From: Sphagnum compactum
Taxonomy: Eukaryota
Direction of reading: 5' to 3'
Assembly: GCA_965153455.1 (NCBI GenBank)
Contig: OZ234494.1
Coordinates: forward strand, 3,038,001-3,102,000
DNA length: 64,000 nt
Made by a program: the position numbers and the translations under genes. The notes below the pieces were generated by a model that was not told where the DNA came from, made no database searches, and saw only the letters and a list, made by a program, of their open reading frames with translations. This document shows, piece by piece, positions 44,941-59,849 of the stretch. Positions within the stretch are counted from its first letter, which is position 1, and each line of letters opens with the position of its first letter.

Positions 44941-46104
44941 ACTAAACTTATTAATTATGCTAAGTATTGTTGCTTGTTGCATACCCTATTAGTATGTGGG
45001 GGCAATTTAAGGTGATATAAAAAAGTTAAATATAATTCTTAGGCCTTAATAGTTTTTGAACATTGCTAAAATCTATGCACAATCTATGCAACTAATTATG
45101 GGGTTTCAAAATCACAAGAGGGGCACTCACTTGTATGCCAAACTAGTTTGCATTAGCTTGTCATTTGATGACAATTAATGCATGATGCCATAATGCCCAA
45201 ATGAACCCAAAAAATCTTTTAGTTTTTTGTTTTTTAAAACCTATTTCCATTTCAATTAGAAGTTTTGTGAGAGGACTTGTTCCAAGATTAATTTCCAAAT
45301 ACATTGTGTGTAAGAACACACCTAGGATTAACTAGTTTCCTTTTCGAACCTTATTAATAAATTGCCTTGTTGATAAACTATTGTTAGGATTCCAAAATAT
45401 TAGGCTAGTCATTATTGGTAGTGTTAAGCACCAAGATGTTTGTTTTATGATGATCATCACCCTTGTGTGAATAAATTAACACCTTCTTGAATTTCAAAAA
45501 TTCCCTTCACCATAATACTCCCATGTCATTTGTAATGTCAACTATTTGCAAACAATTTGTTTCAAGTTTAGTTATTAATCATTTGACAACCATGTTATTT
45601 TCATGTCCAAATAGGCTTTAAGGTAGTTTCTAAATACACCTAGGAAATGTCTCCAAGTGCTTTCCAAATGTAAAAGAATTCAAATGTAAAAAATAATGTT
45701 GAAGTGACAATGAAATGAAATAAAAAACCAAAAAGAATTACTCCTAAATATGAAAGGTTGTGTTTTGAACCCTAACCCTCGAACCCACCCCCTTTAATGC
45801 CCTAGGAAGAAAACATATGGTTCATTTTAATTTTGTTATACTAAGAGCATTTCCAATGTAAGTTTACAAAGCTCCTACTAACCATACCTTACTATTGCAA
45901 ACTATAAGAACATATGTGAATGCCCACCGCACATTCTACTTGGTATAAGAAACACATGTCCTGTTAGAAGAAAAAAAAATTGTCGTTACTTTGTTGCACA
46001 TTATCGAGCACCATAAACGCTCATGCACGATGTTAACGAATAAAAATATCTAAATTAAATAGTTCCATAGGCCTCCTATTGACTACTAGTTACTAGTGGT
46101 AGAC

Positions 46105-47066
46105 TTATCATCCTTTACCCAAGAGGTGAAACTAATGGGATTAGGTAGCTTGGGTTAGTGAGTGGTTGAAGGTAATTCACCCAATCATTTAGGATATATA
46201 TAAGAAGGGATTAAAATAAGGGCCCTATTTTATAGGGATTAATGAGGGCCTTGTGTATGGTATGGGGGGGGGGGAATAGAAGAAGGGGGAAGAGAAAGAA
46301 ATTTCATTAGAGACTTTTGGGGGATGGAGGAGATGGACTTGGAGTGTAGAAAAAAGGAATGGAGAAAAAAGTATGCACATTATGCGTGATTTTAATGGAA
46401 GATGGTGGAAGGACTCGAGTTTCATATATTGCTATGATCTTCTATTAAGTGTGGAAGGCAGAGTTGTGTTTGTGATAGAAGTAAGATGTTTCCTTTAACT
46501 AATGTTTTTACATTGCTTATACAATAGAGAGTAAAAGGGTTGATTCCTAGGTAGTCCTTGGAGCCTTAAGCTACTAGCTGCCACATGAGGGTAGTAGCCA
46601 GTTCATGGTGGTGGAAATTAGGGGGTACAATAGTGGGTTGTAGATGAAAGGGTCACAAAAGAGGGACGTCAAGGGTTGTAGGTGGCACATAGAACCACTA
46701 GAAAACCTACACATATGGAAAAGGGAGGGATAGTAACATTAGAAAGGTCTGTAGACCCATAGGCAATATCTGAAGGACGTTGAAGGTACTATAGACCCAT
46801 TAAGAATAATTGCTTTTAGGTTTTTTTTTTTTTCATCTTGTGTTCTTTTTGTTTTACCCTCTACTCCTTGGATTAAAAAACTGATATAAACATAGGTATA
46901 GTCTAAGATAGTATACCCTTACCTTCCCCATTTCCACTTGTATGACCTCTTACTTACTACTTGAGTATGTGTAGTAAAATAAGAAAAAAAGAGGGTAATT
47001 TTTTATGTGAAATATTAAGGTGTCAACCTTGTCTTTTGGTCTTACCCCTTGGACGAGGGGTAATGA
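46105..47066. mobile_element. ~960-bp non-coding element with degenerate ~35-bp inverted termini, nested in the Harbinger
   Basis: ttatcatcctttacccaagaggtgaaactaa aligns without gaps to the reverse-complemented right end tcattacccctcgtccaaggggtaagaccaa, and the mismatches there are all transitions. No TSD seen. Confidence 0.5.
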
Positions 47067-47161
47067 TTGGGGGCCAAATTTTCACCTTTTAACACACGAA
47101 CATTGTCAACAAAATGTGACAATAAGCTACCGCATATGCTTTTAAAACTACTTCTGCTATC

Positions 47162-48124
47162 AAAAGCAAGAAGGGGAAGAATTTTGTTGTAAAGGAGGAA
47201 AGGTAGCTCTATTGCAAATTTTTTCGTGTTTCGCAAGATCCCACAATAGGTATTAGCCAAAAATCAACCGCATTTTGGGACCAGATTCATGATCACTACA
47301 ATCAAAATCGGCCTACTTGTGGAGCTGAGTGACTTGCCAAATCTTTTGAAACAAAATGGGGAGTGATTAAACATAGCGTTGCCAAATTTATTGGGCATTA
47401 TGGACCGTGGTGGCATTTTGTGAATTTGGGACTTTAATAGAAAAATAATTATACAAATCAAAACACATCAAAAATCAAATATGTTTTGTTTTTTTACATT
47501 GTTGGTTCTTACTAAAATATGTTCTTAGATGGGGTAGATTTTTTAAAGGATGTGAAGGAAACTTCTAATTTGAAACAACATGCCTTCACTAAGCAAGGTG
47601 CATGTGTTGAATTTGAGACTTTGGAACCACTACCACCAATGGCCTATGGTGGTTTGAGTTTCAAAAGACCTCATGGGTCGCGAGTTGCAAAGGAGGAGCA
47701 AAAACAATCGAAGCTTCATGAATCAACTTTGCGACTACATGCACAAGCCACCACTGACATGGTTGCTTCAACATTGAAAAAACCAACAATCATGGAAAAC
47801 CAAAACATAATGGCCTTATTCACAGTTCTTTATTCTAAACTTGTTTCGAAGGAGGCCAAAAAAAATTTCATGCTTGGAAGAAGAGATGAACTTGGAAAGT
47901 TTCAAGCAAGGCTTCAACCCACCATCACAATTCCAACAAAAGTAAGCCCTCTCAAGGAAATTCTAGATCCAACAACCCCACACGGTGATTCACATGAAGA
48001 TGAATATTCGTTAACATTTGGTAGTTCACCAACTCATTTATGTAGAGAGGACCATAATTCACAAGATTCACCACAAAATTCACCTTATGCAGGAAGGTTT
48101 TTGAAAATGTTTAATCTCCTTTAA
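47162..48124 (+). pseudogene. Harbinger Myb/SANT-like (NAM-associated) ORF, disrupted
   Basis: KKGKNFVVKEER*LYC...VSQDPTIGISQKSTAFWDQIHDHY...SFETKWGVIKHSVAKFIG, followed by KRPHGSRVAKEEQK; in-frame stops present. Confidence 0.8.
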
Positions 48125-48269
48125 GAAAAGAACCCTGTCAATGATTGGTATGTTGTTAATAGACATGGATAGTACTAAGAAATGGATGTTGACCATATTT
48201 TTTGAAAAGACCAAAATTTTTATTATAGTTTGCATTGTTGCCCTTTTGAGCCCACATTTTCGAGATAGT

Positions 48270-49450
48270 AATGGGTAACCCACATTTTCAATTTGGGTGG
48301 TTCCTTGGAAGTGGTCTTCAAAATACAATCTTTGTTTCAAATGTGAGACATTAGATCTAAGATCAAGGAAACGTTCTAAGTTATAATTGGATTCATTTTC
48401 TATGATTAAATTGTGCAAAATCACGCACCCTATGATAATACTTTTGATTGTGGCCATGTCCCATTTTTTATTCGGATTTTGAATGATTGCAAAGTGTGTT
48501 TCAAACACCCAAAAACAACGCTCCACATTTTTTCTGGCTCCTTGCATTTTAGAAAAATGTTGCCTTTTCTTTCCTTGTGGTTCATGAATTGTTTGAACAA
48601 AGATGTTCCATTGAAAATAGATTCCATTAGCACATGTGTACTATTTTGGATATGTATTGCCATTGACAACAAAATCCATGTCTTGAGTGGGCCCTTGAAG
48701 CAAATTAGTGATAAGTGGTGACCTATTTAACACGTTAATATCATTGTTATTACTAAGAAGACCAAAAAAATGTCAAATCCAGAGTGATTGGTCTACAACA
48801 TCTTCAAGAATGATTGATCTATTGCCATCTTTATTTTGAAATTGTCCTTGCCAAACAACCAGGTAATTTTTCCATTAATAATGCATAAAAATCCAACCTT
48901 GCAAACATACCTAAGAACCCCTGAGCTTCATTGATTTTGAATTGCCTTTCAATATCATCTTGTGTAGGCTACTTCAAATACTTGGTCTCAAAAATTTCCT
49001 TGACAACTTTCACAAAACATTTCATTGCCTCCATTACCATACTAATTTCTCCCACTCGGTAGTACTCATCAACTATATTAGGTGTGATTCCATAAACTAA
49101 AATGCGCAACGCAACAATGCACTTTTGGATTGAGCTCAAACCTATGTTGCTAAGTGCATTTCACTTCTCACTTTTGTAAGAAATACAAATCATGTGCACA
49201 AACATTTTCAAGAATTCGAAGAAACAATGTTTGCCTCATTTGGTACCTCCACCTAAACAATCTGACATCATACATTGGTGAGGCACAAAAGTAATCCCTC
49301 TAGATCCTATCTTGTCCACACTACCTTTCTCTCTCCAAATTAGGTTTTCACCCTGGAAGTGAACCTCCATGCTTCCTTTTTTGAGTTTCAAAATTAGCCC
49401 TTATATGATTCATAATGAAAGTGCTAAAAAGGTCTTTCACAATCGTCATC
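48270..49450 (-). pseudogene. Harbinger DDE transposase, disrupted
   Basis: RDYFCASPMYD..LFRWRYQM, LSSIQKCIVALRILVYG, WKNY..WQGQF, NNDINVL, RKNVERCF and CVILHNLIIENE, with many stops and frameshifts. Confidence 0.88.
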
Positions 49451-50856
49451 TTCAAATGAGACTTGAAGATTCTGTTGCAATCATTATCTCCAACATTCCA
49501 TCACTCAAGAGTTATAACCTTTTCTAGTGCAAACCCTCAAAACCTATTTTGAATATATTTGTGAAATATTTAAAAACTCTTTGGCATTATTCTGATCAGG
49601 TGCCGAATGGGCTGGGGTGTAGTGCGTGAAGTGGGTGTAGTGGGGTAATTTCTTAGAATTTATTGACCCCTTCACTTGGGCTCTTACACACACCCCGCTT
49701 CAACAATTTTGTCGTGTTGATGCAAGGGGGGCAATGGAGATGCTCTAAAGCATTGTAATAGATGAAATTTCTTTTAGGAAAACAAAAAATGAAACAAACA
49801 TTCAAATTTTCTTTGGGTTGCTTTATCTAGTTTTATATGATGTATATTTGCCCAACTTTATTACAAGTTCAATAATGATGTTTGAAATTGTAAAGACCGA
49901 TTTTTATATCGTAATTAAAGAAAATGTTATTAAATATTTTTTTCCCTTTGTTGTTTGGGTGTGCTTCAAAAATTGGAATGCCAACCAAAAGAGGCATTTT
50001 GTTCTTTGATCATGTCCCCTTTAAAACCAAAAAAAATCATTGTTTTTGTGATACCTAGTGTATATTTGCTAGGTATAATGGCAAACAATAAATTAAAATT
50101 AATTTTGCACTCAATAAAATCCACAACCTTGGGCTTTACTTTACATTCAATAGTTGTTAATTAGGGCGAAGGTAAAATGACAACCACATTGAGAAGTTAC
50201 TTGGATAGAAGATGGTGGATGACATTAAGCCATTTTTGTTCATTGGGTTTTCAATTGGTTATTCCCCAAAAGCTTTTTTTGGTTCATTGCATTCCCCAAG
50301 AGCCTTTGTGGTGTGGGGAACAACTATTGGGAACATAGTGAATAAAAAGGCTCCAATGAACAATATAAATCTTCTTCTTTTACATCCTATTGTCATTGGG
50401 GGAACTATGGGGGTAGTAGGTTGAAATAATAAAGTTAACTATAACAAAGAGGTCTTGGTATCAAATCCAAACACTCACGGATTAACAACACTTTGTGTGA
50501 AACACCACCAACTATATGTATTGCAAAATTCTTCACCAAGAAAATTCTAAGGCAGGAGAACGAAGAATCAATCCATTTACCATCTTTTGTGTAACCTCCC
50601 AACTTGGTTGTCATTTTCCCTTGGTCGTCAATTATTACCAAGAGGTGGTTTCATTTACTTTAACCTCAAAATTGTGTTCATGCAAATTCAACCCTAACTC
50701 TAAATGTGTGTGCATGTACATATGTATTTTGAACCATACATCCATAATTAATTCAACAATTCCCACTTGTGATTTTTTCAAAATCAAAATTAATTTGTCT
50801 AAGCCATGTATATAAAAGCATCCATGTAGAATGAAACCCATTCTAACTTTATTTCA

Positions 50857-52465
50857 AACCTTAAGTTTGCCTTCATCCATGGAGTTTGAAATATAGGTAC
50901 CTAATTAAATACCTGGGTTTTTTCAAAATTGAAATGAATTCTCACCAACAATGTGAAATCAACAATTTAGGATGCCTAACCCTAAACCTTTGGCGCACTA
51001 AGATGGACATGGATGGATGGGTTTGGTTCATCGGTTCATTCAAGAGACGACATAAAATAGGAGGGAAGAAACCCTAACCTTATTCCCAACCCTAAATTTG
51101 CTTTCATATATGAAAATTTGAAATATAGGTACCTAATTTACTTCCTCGGTTTTCTCATAATTGAAATGAATTCTCACCAACAATGTGAAATCAACAATTT
51201 AAAATGCCTAACCCTAAACCATTGGCACACTAAGATGAACATGGATGGACAAGTTCAATTTATCAGTTCATTAAAGAGATGACATAAAATAGGAGGGAGG
51301 AAACCCTAACCTTATTCTTAACCCTAAGTTTGCCTTCATCCATGGAGTTTGAAATATAGGTACTTAATTTACTACCTAGGTTTTCTCAAAATTGAAATGA
51401 ATTCTCACCGACAATGTGAAATCAACAATTTAAAATGTTTAACCCTAAACCTTTGGCACACTAAGATGAACATGGATGGACGAGTTCGATTCATCAATTC
51501 ATTTAAGAGATGACATAAAGTACCAGTTAAAAAACCCTAACCTTATTCCTAACCCTAAGTTTGCCTGCATCCATGGAGTTTGAAATATAGGTATTTAATT
51601 TATTACCTAGGTTTTCTCAAAATTGAAATGAATTCTCACCAACAATGTGAAATCAACAATTTAGAATGTCTAACCCTAAACCTTTGGCACACTAAGATGA
51701 ACATGGATGGACGAGTTCAATTCATCAATTCATTTAAGAGATGACATAAAGTACCAGTTAAAAAACCCTAACCTTATTCCTAACCCTAAGTTTGCCTTCA
51801 TCCATGGAGTTTGAAATATAGGTACTTAATTTACTACCTAGGTTTTCTCAAAATTGAAATGAATTCTCACCGACAATGTGAAATCAACAATTTAAAATGT
51901 CTTAACCCTAAACCTTTGGCACACTAAGATGAACATGGATGGACGAGTTCGATTCATCAATTCATTTAAGAGATGACATAAAGTACCAGTTAAAAAACCC
52001 TAACCTTATTCCTAACCCTAAGTTTGCCTGCATCCATGGAGTTTGAAATATAGGTATTTAATTTATTACCTAGGTTTTCTCAAAATTGAAATGAATTCTC
52101 ACCAACAATGTGAAATCAACAATTTAGAATGTCTAACCCTAAACCTTTGGCACACTAAGATGAACATGGATGGACGAGTTCAATTCATCAATTCATTTAA
52201 GAGATGACATAAAGTACCAGTTAAAAAACCCTAACCTTATTCCTAACCCTAAGTTTGCCTTCATCCATGGAGTTTGAAATGTAGGTACCTAATTTACTAC
52301 CTAGGTTTTCTCGAAATTGAAATGAATTCTCATTGTCAATATGAAATCAACAATTTAGAATGCCTAAGCCTAAACCTTTGGCACCCTAGGATGGACATGG
52401 ATGTATAGGTCCGATTTGTTGGTTCATTCAAGAGACAATATAAGAGAGTAGGGAGGAAACCCTAA
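50857..52465. repeat. Satellite of seven 231-232-bp units containing telo-box motifs
   Basis: Unit starts at 50857, 51088, 51320, 51551, 51782, 52014 and 52245; each unit carries AACCCTAA-type motifs. Confidence 0.95.
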
Positions 52466-52619
52466 ACTGAGGTTTCATGGGAGTGATTTCTCACTGCTTG
52501 ATGCAAAATCGACGGTGCAAAATGCCCATGAGCCACCTTTCTGGCAGACTAGGATGGACATGGATGGATGAAGTTTGGTTCATCTCTGCATTTTCAAGCA
52601 ACGATAGAAATAGCGCGGG

Positions 52620-52735
52620 GAAGAAACCCTAAAATGAGGTTTTATGGAAAACAATTTTCAACCGTCGATGTGGAATCGACGGTGCAGAATTCCCCATCCA
52701 TGGGTATAAATAACGCAGGGAGCTAACCCTAAAAC
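52620..52735 (+). promoter_or_regulatory. UBQ-RPS27a core promoter: telo-boxes, a palindrome and a TATA box
   Basis: AAACCCTAA at 52624, ACCGTCGAT-N5-ATCGACGGT at 52661-52683, TATAAATA at 52705 and AACCCTAA at 52725. Telo-boxes are established elements of plant ribosomal-protein promoters. Confidence 0.65.
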
Positions 52736-52852
52736 GAGGAGCAACTGCAGAGACGGAGGTGAAGAGGAAGGGCGGCCGGCCATTGCGCACAGCGAAGAAG
52801 GAAGAGTCTGGAGCTCGTGTGCGATCGCTCGATCAATCGTTCCTTCGCAGCC

Positions 52853-53846
<994 letters not shown>

Positions 53847-55934
53847 CCCCTTTCTGAAGGTATTACTAAAGAGTTCTCCATGTAACTGTGCAGCTTGCTC
53901 AGTTTGTTTTTTCTTTTGGCACTATGGTTTTGTTGTCATTTTCTGACCTACCTTGTAATTCACTCTGGAATGGAAAAGACTTATTACCTCTCCTTCATGG
54001 CTTGTGAGTTTCTGAACTTGTAATTCGCTCTTGAATGGAAAACGTTAGTACCTTTCCTTCACAGTTTTGTAAATTCCATCTTGGTTGAGGCTGTGAGGTG
54101 GATGTTAGTTCCAACCCCTGCTAGGTGTGAAGGTACAATGTTGTTTTTTTTAATAATCAGGCTTCAACTTGAGCTTGATGGGCCATACTGCAGAAGTTTG
54201 GGTTGAGCAGCTGGAGCTTTCCCTTTTTCTTGGATCTTGTTCAGAACTCTAAAATCTGCTCTGGCCTGTCTTCTTCTCTATCCCACTTGTTTGATGCATT
54301 GTACATGGCAAATCATGTGGTCCCTTGATGCCAGAGTGTCTATGATGTGTGCTCTCTACTAAGGATCGTTTGATGTAATCAAAAGAGTGCAAGAAGTTGA
54401 AAGCAGTAATGATGAAAAGTCATATCACATGCTTGATCATGACTAAAGTTTTCTGCTTGTTTTGGTGTCCCTCTATCTGAATCTGAATTGGCTGCATGCT
54501 TCATTGTATCAACTGATGGGATCCCATCAGGAAATTGACACAATCCCAGTCTTGCCTCCCAACTTTTTTGTGTATGAACTCTACGTTTACATCTTGTCTG
54601 TCTGATTCAAGATCTGCTTTCAATGTGGTCTGTTGTATGAAGCTCATCCAGATGTAATGTCACCAAACTGATTGTCCTTTTCAGATGTAATTCTCTGCAT
54701 GTAATTCTCTGCTGTAATACTCAGAACAATTTTAGACAATCCTGCAACCATAGATCTAGTCTTTTGAATGGCATTTCCTGCTGAGTGCTAGGCAAGGTAT
54801 GTTGTATGGAAGTTTCTCTGTGAAGTGATGGGTACTGGCACACACACTTGACACAACTGTTGCTCGAGTTTTCAGTATGAACATCATTGTAAGAATGTTT
54901 TTGGGTCTCTTATGCTTGAGAGTGCACGGGCAGATTTTGTCTTCTGGAGACTGTTCTCAAAGTGGAGTGTACTAGGGTCTGCAGGATGTGATGGAATTGA
55001 TCATCCAAAAGAATGTGACAAAACTTCTAACCATAAAATTTGTGTACTGGATGACTTTCCTTGATAAATACATGTCAGATTATCTAAGAAACATTTCTTG
55101 AAAAATCTCTGTGATGGAGCAAGCTAGCATGGCTAAAATTGAGTATCCTACATAGTAGTGTGGAGAAGGGAAACTGGCCTGAGCTTGGATGATTCAGCAA
55201 AATATTGAGCTGCAATTTGCAGTGGTTGTCAACAAATTTCGTCAGCCTTCGACTCCTGACTCTGCCCAAGACCCTGGGGCCTGGAGTGTCTCTTCCTATA
55301 CTCGGAAGAAGCTTATCCAGCCAACATGGTTTTAGGGTTTAGGGTGGCACGATTGTTTAAAACAAAAAGCTTATTGATCAAAGTTATTTGTTACACAATG
55401 CTCAAGATCCAAAGTTGCTGGATTTTCCAAATTTTATGTCAATAGCAAGGAAACTATCATGGGTAGCAAGGAAACCCATTGAAGATGTTGATTTTCATTT
55501 TAATTTATTGAAAGGTAGAATGATTTATAGGCCAATGATTTAAAAAAAAACCATATACCTTCCTATTGAACATCCCAGAAGATTAGAAAATTCAACACCT
55601 AAAAATCACCCAGAAACTGTCTTAATTTCAACAAATTTTTAAAGCAAAAACCTCATTCAATCATAAGAAACATAAACCAGTCATTCAATTAGAAAATACC
55701 TCACTTTCATAATTGTACATTGTAGTCTTCCGGATCCTTGCAGTTGTGTGTTTTGTTTTGTGAAACCCTAAACCCTAAACGCTGTTATCTCACAAAACAA
55801 CACACACAGAAACTTAACACAATTTTTTACTCACCTCAAGACAGTACCCAGTCTGTAGCCAGAAAAGCACATATTTGTACACAAGCATACATAAAGACCA
55901 AACACTTCACAGTGGGGTGTAAATCGCAGTCTTC

Positions 55935-58900
55935 TCAGTCTTCTCCAATTGCAGATGGTACTTCTGCCAGATCCAATTCCTCCAAACCCAACTCATTGGC
56001 ACTTGCAGCCAAATCAGCTCTCAAAGCAAACCCACTCTGCAGGATAACTAACTAATTTTAAAATAAATAAACACAAGAGCCAAAGAAATAAAGTCCAAAG
56101 TAAGGATCTTTACCTTTAACTAGCAAAAAATTTTGAAGAATGATGAATGACACATATTTTGGGTCAGAGAACAAAAATTTCACCAAATTGCGATGAGCAT
56201 AAGGAATCAAACATTGGAGGGAGAATAAGCTTTACCTCTTGGTGTAACCGCAGCTCTTCTGCCTTGGCAGCTGCTTCTGCTTGTGCAACTCTCTGCCTAA
56301 AGGTTTTTGCCATTTCATCAGCCTGCAGTTTTTGAACATGGCATTTTAGTTTGCAATTTTGATGTCTTCACATGTTTTGTTCCATTCCAAACATCAAGTT
56401 CAAAGTGTGACCATCATCACCCTTCTGCATAAAAACTTGCAAATTCAGTGTCTCTTAAAAAGGTGCACTGGAGTGCTTAAAAAATGAAGGTGTAAATGCA
56501 GAGTTATGATGGAGAAGAGGAAAGCTCATTCACAACAACAGATGCAGAAGACAAACCCAAAACAAAAGTGGGGGCAAAGTGAGAGGAGACCTTCTCATAA
56601 ACAAGTGCAGGATTACGTAACATGTCGCCTGGTGTTGGCTCCAACTTCTTTGTAGATAGGCTTATGCGTCCCCTATCTTTATCCTGGCTCAGTATCATCA
56701 CCTGTGCCAAGTCCAGAATAGCTTTACATTTCAAACAAATATCACCCACTATCTGGATTCTGCTTAAACTTTGAGAGGGGCGTAAACTTGGGTTTGTCAG
56801 GAAGTCAAAGATTACATTAGACACAACACAAGAGAGTACATTTTTTACCTTGAGCTTATCACCAGGAGCAAGCACTGACTCAACTGTGGTGAGGCGATCA
56901 TGGCTGATTTGACTAATATGCAAAAGTCCACTTACTCCACCCATGTCAATAAAAGCGCCATACGGTTTTACAGTTTGCACAGTTCCAAGCACAACTGATC
57001 CAATACCAAACACGGATTGACTTTCTGCTAGTGCTTTCCTGTTGCTCAAAACTAAGCGTGTCTGCTCTTCATCAACCTCCAAAAACTTAAGCGGCAGCTC
57101 CTTGTCTACTAGTTCCTCTGGATCTTGTCTCTGCGATTTTTCAAAAAATCCAGTGAATTGCAAACTTAATGATTAGCAGCAAACTTCCTTTAAAGAAAGT
57201 CAAATTCTAGTCTGCAAAAAAATGGGTTTCAGGGAAAAAAAAGTTTCAGAAATTTGTTTTTCTGACCCTAAATTCCTTGAATAATCCATCATTTCTTCTC
57301 AAATTGTAGTCCTATAAATTGAACAAAAAAGATGAATGAACCCCAAAAGATTTGAGTTGGGGAAGCACAAAATACTATACCGCTGAAATTTGAGAGAATG
57401 GAACAAAACCTCGAAGACCTTCCACTTGTACCACAAGTCCTCCCTTGTTAGCCAACACAACCTGCGCTTTGCCCTAAAATTAATCAAAACCCTAAAAAGT
57501 CTTCGCGGCTATCATGTAACCAACCCTCTTCAAATGGCACAATGGTGTTAAGGTTTTCCAAAGATGTAGAAGCCAGAAAAATTTCTTCCAACAAAACACA
57601 CCCATTTCAGCATACAATAATGCAGAATGCTTGCTGACAGTTCTTTTTCTCGAAAAGTGCTTAAACCTGGAAGTGAAATTCTGGTTAATGCCTATGAAAA
57701 TTCCCAAGAAGGGAGAAGAAATTGTTAGAATGAAAAATTAGGGTCAAGCTCTCTCTCTCTCTTACCTTACCACGAATAACGACATCGTCACTTTGAAGCT
57801 GACGGCAACGCTCCCATGACAAATCATACTGCAACTTGCGCAAGCTCAAGATCATACGACCATTATCATCATCTTCTCTCAGAATAAGGAATTCCTCCTC
57901 AATGCCTGGCATTAACCCCACTTCTTCCAAACTCTTGAGTTTGAATATGCATGCCTCTTGCAATGGCAGGTGTGCAGGTGCCTTTGCCCCTATGTCGATC
58001 AATGCTCCGTTATAGTCCACCTTAAATACTATGCCTTTCACCTATGATCATTACAACCACCAAACACTTAGTAAAGGACAGACAACATCATGGAAAGCTC
58101 AAGAAAAAATAAAATCCCCTCTCTCTCTCCTAATGCACAATTCAAGATTGCAAAATTACCCAAGATTAGAAAAGCTTCAATCGGATTTGCACAATTCAAT
58201 CAAATTGCTCCTAATGGACAATTCAAGATTGCAGAATTGCAAGATTAGAAAATGGCTTCAACTAGATTCACCCGATTGAAGATTGCCCAAATTGCAAGAT
58301 TAGAGAATTTCTTCAACTAGATCTGCAAATAGATGAGATGGGTATGTGCCAATTTTGCCATACAAATTCAGCATAGCTAAAGGAGCTGGAAAATAAAGAA
58401 GATATTCAACTGAGTGTAATATATAAGAGGGAAAGAAATAATTGTATTACCAAATCACCAACTTCAAAGCTGAAATCATACTTGGAGAGTGCATCAGAAA
58501 ATTCCTCATAAGTGAAAGACACCCCATCTAATGGATTTGTCAAAGCTCGCTGCCATCGCTCTTCTGCTTCAACCTGAAAAACTCAAAAAACCCAAAACAC
58601 AGGCAAAAACCCAAATCCCCCCGCCCCCTGCCCCCACTCACTAAGCAAGCCTCCAAAACATGGGCCTACGTGAGAGACCAAGAAAATGGGGACGGGTGAG
58701 AGAGAGAGAGAGAGAGAAAGAATCTGCTGAAGCTAGAATCATCCACAAGTACAAAAATCCAGCAGCAGCAAAAGGGGAAAACAGCCATGCAGCTAATTGA
58801 AGCGCACTTACCAAAAGGCTATCCTTGGCCCTAGGTCCAGCCAATGCTGCAGCAACAACACAGTAATGTAATCTGGAAACACCGCGAGCACTACTGCTGC

Positions 58901-59129
58901 TTGTTGCCCCTCCTGCAAAGTTATTACCATAATAGTCCTCTCTCGCTTTATTGTTGTTACCCTGGAATCTACTGCTATTGTTGTTGGCGCTGCCGCTCAG
59001 CCACCATCCCACACACAACAATGGCTTTGCAATTGAACCCACAACACTTGTATGATTATTACACCACATCTGCTGACTAGCTTCCCTACAAGCTCCAAAA
59101 CATACTAAATTGGGTGCAACTGCCGCCAT
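55935..59129 (-). CDS. RPS1: Plastid 30S ribosomal protein S1 precursor, 459 aa, 8 exons: 59129-58812, 58573-58451, 58041-57766, 57461-57381, 57130-56849, 56701-56591, 56322-56236, 56036-55935
   Basis: Ser/Asn-rich transit-peptide-like exon 1, then three S1 domains ([48 protein letters not shown]) and [17 protein letters not shown]. All introns are GT-AG and the exons sum to 1380 nt. Confidence 0.93.
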
Positions 59130-59849
59130 CTCCAGCTCTCAAAACCGCCCCCCCCCGCTGTCTGTGTGTCTGTCTCACACACACAGACTCTCTCTCTCTC
59201 TCTCAGAGAAAGTAAAAGGCACCTGTCGTCTTCTTTCTTCTTCTTCGTCACCCACAGAAGAAGGCAAACAACAATCACAAACTTGAAGGGATCTCTACTA
59301 CAGTCCTTTCTTCTTCTTCTTTTTCTTCTTCTTCTTCTTCTTCTTCACCAGCAGGAAACAAAGTTTTGCAACCATAACATGTCCTTGTTCTTGTTCTTGT
59401 TCTTCTCCTTCACCCCCGCAAAAATAGAGAAACAAAACATCACAAGTTGAACATCTTACAATCCCCCTTTATTCTTCTTCTTCTTCTTCTTCAACAACAA
59501 CAACAACAAGAAGTCATCAGAGATGAAGAAGTTTTGCAACCACAACAACAAGTACCTCTTTACTTCTTCACCCTACCGAGAAAAAGGAAACAACTTGACA
59601 ACTTGAAAAAAAAAAAGAAGATCTACAATCCCATCTCCTTTCTTCTACTTCTTCTTCTTCACACCCAATTTTAAGAAATTGGTGATATCAATAACAAATC
59701 CTACCACGCTTGGTTGAAGCAAAACACACACACACACACACACACACCCACAACAAACACACATACATTTGTGTGTTCTCAATCCTATCCACTTTTCCAA
59801 TTAGTTTTCCCTTCCCTTTTTTTGGGGGAAAAATTACACTTCCTTTTGG

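Larger units (their letters stand above)
45845..49745. mobile_element. Decayed full-length PIF/Harbinger DNA transposon
   Basis: TIRs GAGCATTTCCAATG and CAATGGAGATGCTC are each flanked by a TAA TSD (45842-45844, 49746-49748). Convergent Myb/SANT-like and DDE transposase relics lie inside. Confidence 0.88.
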
